Assembly (NCBI GenBank): GCA_963769935.1
Contig: CAVYNY010000011.1
Location: 64,001-128,000 of the forward strand
Source: an uncultured delta proteobacterium
GTDB taxonomy: Bacteria > Desulfobacterota > Desulfobacteria > Desulfobacterales > JAFDCJ01
Direction of reading: 5' to 3'
Length of the DNA stretch: 64,000 nucleotides
Positions 59,318 to 64,000 of this stretch are shown here, piece after piece. The number at the start of each line of letters is the position of its first letter. The stretch's first letter is position 1. The notes under the pieces were generated by a model. It worked only from the letters and a program-made list of their open reading frames with translations, had not been told where the DNA came from and did not search any database. A program made the position numbers and the translations under genes.

Positions 59318-60256
59318 ATGATAAACAACAGAACACAGGGGCTGAGCCGCCGCCAGTTCATGCAGGGCTTAGGTCTGTTATCGGCCGGCATTGCAATGAT
59401 GCCGAAAAAAATATTCGGTGAGAGCCGCGAACCCATTACCCACGCTATTCCATCCACCGGCGAACGCCTTCCGGTTATCGGGATGGGAACCTCCCGCACC
59501 TTTGATGTCGGAAATGATCCGGCCGGCATGGCGCAGTTGAGCCAGGTGCTGCAGGTCTTTTTCGACAACGGCGGGACTGTGATTGATACTTCGCCGATGT
59601 ACGGCACGTCCGAGATGGTGATCGGCGAGCTGCTGAAAAAGATCCCAAATAAAACGAAACTCTTTGCGGCGACCAAAGTCTGGATCGACGGAAAACAAAA
59701 CGGCATTGAACAGATGCAGGAATCGATGCGGCTCATGGGGGTTGCGGTCATGGACCTCATCCAGATTCACAATTTGCGGGATTGGAAAACCCACCTGCCG
59801 ACTCTGAGACAATGGAAGCAGGAGGGCAAGATACGCTATATCGGCATCACCACTTCCCACGGGCGATTTCATGCTGAACTGGAGCAGATCATGCGGACTG
59901 AGGATTTGGATTTTGTTCAATTCACTTACAATATCGGCAACCGCGCCGCGGAGGACAGTTTGCTGCCCCTGGCGGCTGAGCGGGGCATGGCAACCCTGAT
60001 CAACCGTCCCTTTCAGCGCGGCAGTCTATTTCGCGAAGTTAAGGGCCACGACTTGCCGGAATGGGCCAAGGAATTTGACTGTAAAAGCTGGGGACAATTT
60101 TTCCTTAAATTTGTTGTCTCGCACCCGGCCGTCACCTGTGTGATTCCGGCCACTGCCAACGTGAACCACATGGCAGATAACATGGCGGCCAATTTCGGCA
60201 GGCTGCCTTCTGCATCCATGCGCAAACGCATGCTGGCGTATTTTTCATCACTATGA
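59318..60256 (+). CDS. Aldo/keto reductase with a twin-arginine-like N-terminus
   Basis: SRRQF plus hydrophobic stretch; IGMGT, IDTSPMYG.SE, ATKV, DL.QIHN, G.IRYIG; GGAGG RBS. Confidence 0.9.
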   Translation: MINNRTQGLSRRQFMQGLGLLSAGIAMMPKKIFGESREPITHAIPSTGERLPVIGMGTSRTFDVGNDPAGMAQLSQVLQVFFDNGGTVIDTSPMYGTSEMVIGELLKKIPNKTKLFAATKVWIDGKQNGIEQMQESMRLMGVAVMDLIQIHNLRDWKTHLPTLRQWKQEGKIRYIGITTSHGRFHAELEQIMRTEDLDFVQFTYNIGNRAAEDSLLPLAAERGMATLINRPFQRGSLFREVKGHDLPEWAKEFDCKSWGQFFLKFVVSHPAVTCVIPATANVNHMADNMAANFGRLPSASMRKRMLAYFSSL

Positions 60257-60355
60257 ACGGCTCGGGTACTTGGCAGGCCCGGCAGCGTTGAGCCCCGCAG
60301 AGGTGAAGTCAAACCCCGCCGTCGGCGGGGCCCCTGAGCAAGGATTCTTTACTCA

Positions 60356-60904
60356 TTATCGTCCGTAGTATGCAATAAGCGATGCTTTTGCGATCACATG
60401 TTGGTTCAGATTGAATCCCACCACGGGCGGCGACGTATTATCGTTTAAATCCAATTTCGACACATCAAGCGCATATACCGTGAATACGTATCTATGAGGT
60501 TTGTCTCCCGGTGGAGGGCAAGCTCCGCCAAACCCGAGGCCTCCGAAGTCGTTTCTGCTTTGGATGCTGCCTTTGGGTGCCAGGCCTTTTTGGGGATTGC
60601 CCGCATCGGCCTTGAGTTCATCGGTGTCGGCGGGGATGTTAAAAACTACCCAGTGCCACCATCCGCTCCCCGTCGGGGCATCAGGATCATATAAAGTGAC
60701 CGCAAAGCTTTTTGTGTCTTTGGGTGCATCAACCCATTTGAGAGATGGGGAAATGTTTTTTCCAGTGCAGCCGAACCCGGAAAACACCTGGTTCTCCGTC
60801 AATTGGCCGCTTAAATCATTGCTTTTCAGAGTGAATTCCTGGGCATATACGCTTTCGATGCCAAAAATTCCGAGCACAACCATCATTAAAGTGAGTTTTT
60901 TCAT
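60356..60904 (-). CDS. YbhB/YbcL family (PEBP, Raf kinase inhibitor-like) secreted protein
   Basis: Signal peptide; G.N.SP.L.W, YDPDAPTGSGWWHW, GACPP.G..H.Y.FT.YAL. Confidence 0.93.
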   Translation of the reverse strand: MKKLTLMMVVLGIFGIESVYAQEFTLKSNDLSGQLTENQVFSGFGCTGKNISPSLKWVDAPKDTKSFAVTLYDPDAPTGSGWWHWVVFNIPADTDELKADAGNPQKGLAPKGSIQSRNDFGGLGFGGACPPPGDKPHRYVFTVYALDVSKLDLNDNTSPPVVGFNLNQHVIAKASLIAYYGR

Positions 60905-61299
60905 GATAATTTTCCTTTCTCTTTTCGGTCCCTGACCACTTGAATTCGTCCATGGCAAGCACCAATGAATTTCTTTTTATCTCTTCAATTGACGTTCGCC
61001 AGGACCTGCAAACCTTGCGGCGTTGCGTGCTCGACCGTTTGTTCAGGCGCCGGTTTGTGATCGATTCTGTTCAGTTCGTGCAGCCGGTGTGTCCCGATGC
61101 CAGGCACCGGGTTCTTTGTCAAACAGACTCCAGAGGCAAGACTGGTCCGAGGTCACCAGTGCTTTGGGGGGAATTTTGTTTTCCTCTATTTCTTCCGGGT
61201 TGGAAACATGCAGAAACATGTGCAACCCAAATTTTCTTTTAACTTCTCGTAGCTGAAGTAACGGTTTAGCTGGCAATGGCGTGCGGCTGGTTTAGCCAA

Positions 61300-61328
61300 A
61301 AGATAAGATAGCAGTTCCGAGGTGTCAA
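61300..61328 (-). promoter_or_regulatory. Putative sigma70 promoter (leftward)
   Basis: Minus strand TTGACA-N17-TATCTT. Confidence 0.55.
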
Positions 61329-61445
61329 GAAGAACTCGGGTGAATTGAAGCAGTTGGTCATGGGGAGCCGGCCAAACGGGGCGGGTGAAATCTGAGAGTT
61401 TTTTTCTTTTCAGTCTTGACTGTTACGCGACAGGTGCGGCTCCAC

Positions 61446-61474
61446 TTGACAGGGACGTGATATTTACCTAATCT
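61446..61474 (+). promoter_or_regulatory. Putative sigma70 promoter
   Basis: TTGACA-N17-TAATCT upstream of GGAG and ATG 61502. Confidence 0.6.
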
Positions 61475-61501
61475 TGGTTCAGATTTCCGGTGGAGAATGC
61501 A

Positions 61502-62524
61502 ATGGCCGTAATTACGATATCCAGAGATCCCGGTGCTTCCGGTGAAGAGATCGCGGCCCGTCTGGCCGGCAGGCTTGGGTTTGTGCTCATTGACAAATCG
61601 CACCTCGTCCGGCTCTGGCAAGAATCGGATTTGGACGAGATGAGCCTGGCCAGGGTGGACGAGAAAATCCCGCCCGGCAGCGATGGGATCGATTCGGAAA
61701 CAGAGGCGATCCTGCGGATGCTGCCGGATCTCATTGTCCAAATGGCGGAGGATCACGATTTGATTGTACTGGGCCGAGGCGGCCAGGGACTGTTTCGCAA
61801 CCGTCCCGGGACGTTGCACGTACGCGTCGTTGCCCCGCGCAGCTTCCGGGTTGGGTACCTTCAGAACCGCGAGAAGATATCAGCCAGAGAGGCCCGGCAC
61901 CGTATCCGAACACTGGAAACCCAGCGCGCCCGCTATCTGCGGTTTTTGTACCGGCTCAACTGCGATGATGCCGAACTTTACGACCTCACCCTACGAATGG
62001 ATCGTCTTTCAACCGACCAGGCCCTGAAACTGATCGGTACGGCCGCCGATGAAATGAAGATTCGGCAGGTGCCCCGGGGCCGGATTGTCGAAAACGTGCT
62101 GCCGGAGGCGGCTGAAGACCGGGGAAAAGGCCGATTTGCCAACGTCTCCGAAGAAGAGTTTGCCTGTTATCTTCAGTTCTACGGCATTCCCTACGAATAT
62201 GAGCCGCGCAGCTTCCCCCTGAAAGTCGATGCGCAAGGCCGGGTCAGCGAGGCCTTTACACCGGATTTTTATCTGCCGCAGCAGGACCTCTATATTGAGC
62301 TTACCACCATGAAGCAAAGCCTTGTCACCCGCAAAAATCGCAAAGTCAGAAAGTTAAGGCAGCTTTATCCGGAGATCAACATTCGAATTTTTTACCAGCG
62401 CGACTTTTACCGCCTGATGGCCAAATACGGTCTGCTGGTCGGGGATGCGGGCCAGCCGAAAGCCGGACCGCCGCCGGCCTGCAATTTCCGGCCCGATTTC
62501 ACAGAAAACGGAGGATCCCGTTGA
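61502..62524 (+). CDS. Cytidylate-kinase-like domain fused to a PD-(D/E)XK-like (T7 endonuclease I-like) domain
   Basis: N: ITISRDPGASG..IA..LA..LG, LGRGG, V.AP...R, YDL.L; C: SE..FA..L...GI.YEYEP, FTPDFYLP..DLYIELTT. Confidence 0.8.
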   Translation: MAVITISRDPGASGEEIAARLAGRLGFVLIDKSHLVRLWQESDLDEMSLARVDEKIPPGSDGIDSETEAILRMLPDLIVQMAEDHDLIVLGRGGQGLFRNRPGTLHVRVVAPRSFRVGYLQNREKISAREARHRIRTLETQRARYLRFLYRLNCDDAELYDLTLRMDRLSTDQALKLIGTAADEMKIRQVPRGRIVENVLPEAAEDRGKGRFANVSEEEFACYLQFYGIPYEYEPRSFPLKVDAQGRVSEAFTPDFYLPQQDLYIELTTMKQSLVTRKNRKVRKLRQLYPEINIRIFYQRDFYRLMAKYGLLVGDAGQPKAGPPPACNFRPDFTENGGSR

Positions 62525-63078
62525 ACCGAATCGACCGGGACATCGTCGAAATTCTGATTCCCCCCGACGCCATTGAAAAACGGGTGGCCGAGATAGGTGC
62601 CGAGGTCGCCGCCGCCTACCCGGAAACGATCCCGTTGTTGATTGGGGTCCTCAAGGGAAGCATGATGTTTATGGCGGAATTGATCAAACACATCAAAATC
62701 CCGCTGGAGGTGGATTTCATGTCCCTCTTGAGCTACCGCGGATCCCGGCAATCAAGCGGCGGCGTTCGCATCGTCAAAGACCTTGACGATGCCGTCGAGG
62801 GCCGGGACCTGCTGCTGATCGAAGGTATTGTGGATACGGGCATGACCACCGGCTACATTTTGCGAAACCTGCAGGTCCGTCAGCCGCGAAGCCTGCGCCT
62901 GTGCACCTTATTGGACAAACCGGCTCGACGCATCGTTCCCGTGCCCATCGCAATTCGGGGGTTTGAAATACCGGACCGGTTTGTGGTAGGCTATGGGCTT
63001 GATTTCCAGCAGCGCTACCGCAACCTGCCCTATGTCGGCGTCTTGGAAGATGAGATTACCGGCCTTAACCGCAAATAG
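62521..63078 (+). CDS. hpt: Hypoxanthine phosphoribosyltransferase-like protein (divergent PRPP loop)
   Basis: GVLKG, SY, LLIEGIVDTG.T, LLDK, FVVGYGLD...YRNLP; TTG start overlaps the upstream stop. Confidence 0.88.
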   Translation: MNRIDRDIVEILIPPDAIEKRVAEIGAEVAAAYPETIPLLIGVLKGSMMFMAELIKHIKIPLEVDFMSLLSYRGSRQSSGGVRIVKDLDDAVEGRDLLLIEGIVDTGMTTGYILRNLQVRQPRSLRLCTLLDKPARRIVPVPIAIRGFEIPDRFVVGYGLDFQQRYRNLPYVGVLEDEITGLNRK

Positions 63079-63126
63079 GAAAATATGGGTCCGGTGGGGG
63101 GAAAATAAAAAAAAATTAAAAAAATA

Positions 63127-63154
63127 TTGACACGTTAAAAATCGTGTCTAATTT
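63127..63154 (+). promoter_or_regulatory. Putative sigma70 promoter with A-rich UP-like tract
   Basis: A tract, TTGACA-N16-TAATTT; no + strand ORF downstream. Confidence 0.6.
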
Positions 63155-63161
63155 GTAACTA

Positions 63162-63317
63162 AGCCCCAAGAGGTTCAAAGTAAAAGCCTGGTCGATATGC
63201 TTGGCGACACACCTCAATAGAAACAAAGAGCCAAAAGCTTGGCGGGAAAATTGAGGAAAATAGCCGGGATAAATCAGAAATGAAGCAGTCGGGCTCTGAA
63301 AGGGATCACTTGGGGCT
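63162..63317 (+). ncRNA. Candidate rod-shaped structured RNA (~156 nt)
   Basis: Nested pairings AGCCCCAAG/CTTGGGGCT, GGTTC/GGATC, AGCCTGG/TCGGGCT, TGCTT/AAGCA, CCTCAAT/ATTGAGG; T-rich tail. Confidence 0.6.
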
Positions 63318-63384
63318 ATTTATTTTGTATCCGCCGCCAAGCCGATTCGGCCCTCTAAATTAAAGAACCCTGCAAGCAGCCCGA

Positions 63385-63750
63385 TCAGCTGCTGAATTTT
63401 TTCTCTCGCCCTCCGCGTTTACCCGGCATAAGAAAACAAGGATCATCCAAGCAGTTGCAGATATAGGCGTTGATGATCTTTTCGAGTTCACCGGCAATAC
63501 CGCTTATTAAAGCGATGTTCTTGCCGGCCAGAAATTTACACATTACATCGCTTACCCCGGCACAGATGATCTTCCTGATACCCCAGCGGGTGATCACCTC
63601 GAGGCGTTCAGGGATGGACATCTTCTCCAGAGAGATCTCCTGTCGGAGGATTTCATGCCCGCCTTCAATATCGAACACCACAATACGCCTGCATGAATCA
63701 AAAACGGGCGAAACGCGTGATTCAAATACCGGTATGGCAATTCTTTCCAT
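63385..63750 (-). CDS. NifB/NifX (FeMo-co binding) family protein
   Basis: RIAIP....RVSPVFD, IICAG, F.MPG. Confidence 0.85.
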   Translation of the reverse strand: MERIAIPVFESRVSPVFDSCRRIVVFDIEGGHEILRQEISLEKMSIPERLEVITRWGIRKIICAGVSDVMCKFLAGKNIALISGIAGELEKIINAYICNCLDDPCFLMPGKRGGREKKFSS

Positions 63751-64000
63751 AGATAATTGTTAGCAGAAGACCTGTGCAAATAATGATTTATGTTTGTCAG
63801 ATTGCAGCAACAATTGATTTTTCAAGAAATATTCATTCCGAATGATCAAGGTCATAACGATGCTCAGCTGTCAGGCGGATGGTCGCAGCAGCCGCAGGTC
63901 GATGAAAGCTCAGATTTTAATTCGGTGTCGGCGAGCTCCCACCAGAGAGCGTTAATGGGAATCTGCCGGGAGGCCGCAAGATCCAGTTGGTTGTTAAATG

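Noticed and set aside
1..64000. CRISPR array, tRNA or rRNA genes
   Set aside because: No equal-length repeats with unique spacers, no cas genes, and no cloverleaf or rRNA signatures seen.
63830..64000. 3' end of a minus-strand gene at the right edge
   Set aside because: Only short open frames with no recognisable motif.

Overview
Chromosomal window from a bacterium whose gene content (tungsten AOR, rubrerythrin, ferredoxin-fused ETF, DUF362, FmdE, NifB/NifX, sigma54-type promoters) fits an anaerobic Desulfobacterales-like deltaproteobacterium; this taxonomy is an inference. Most of the ~50 CDSs are metabolic or transport genes: PolX and an Endo IV, an LDH-like/ETF module, an ALDH with a sugar ABC transporter, an acyl-CoA ligase, an amidase, a vWA-OmpA protein, a TPAT-type TRAP system, AOR, an MCP, an HDAC and an FG-GAP lipoprotein. 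No tRNA, rRNA or CRISPR array was seen. The strongest leads are: (1) a kinase-like/PD-(D/E)XK-like fusion translationally coupled to a divergent HPRT, followed by a promoter-driven ~156-nt rod-shaped RNA; (2) nested 31-34 bp mini-insertions whose empty site is present elsewhere in the window; (3) an integrase-less attC cluster (BrnT/BrnA cassette, ORF-less cassette, group II intron 3' relic) between duplicated RAYT fragments; (4) a candidate sigma54-dependent C-rich sRNA; (5) an orphan TrfA-like initiator; (6) many 7-9-nt periodic inverted-repeat elements. Several single-base frameshifts may be sequencing errors. All calls come from motif reading by eye; no database searches or folding programs were run.
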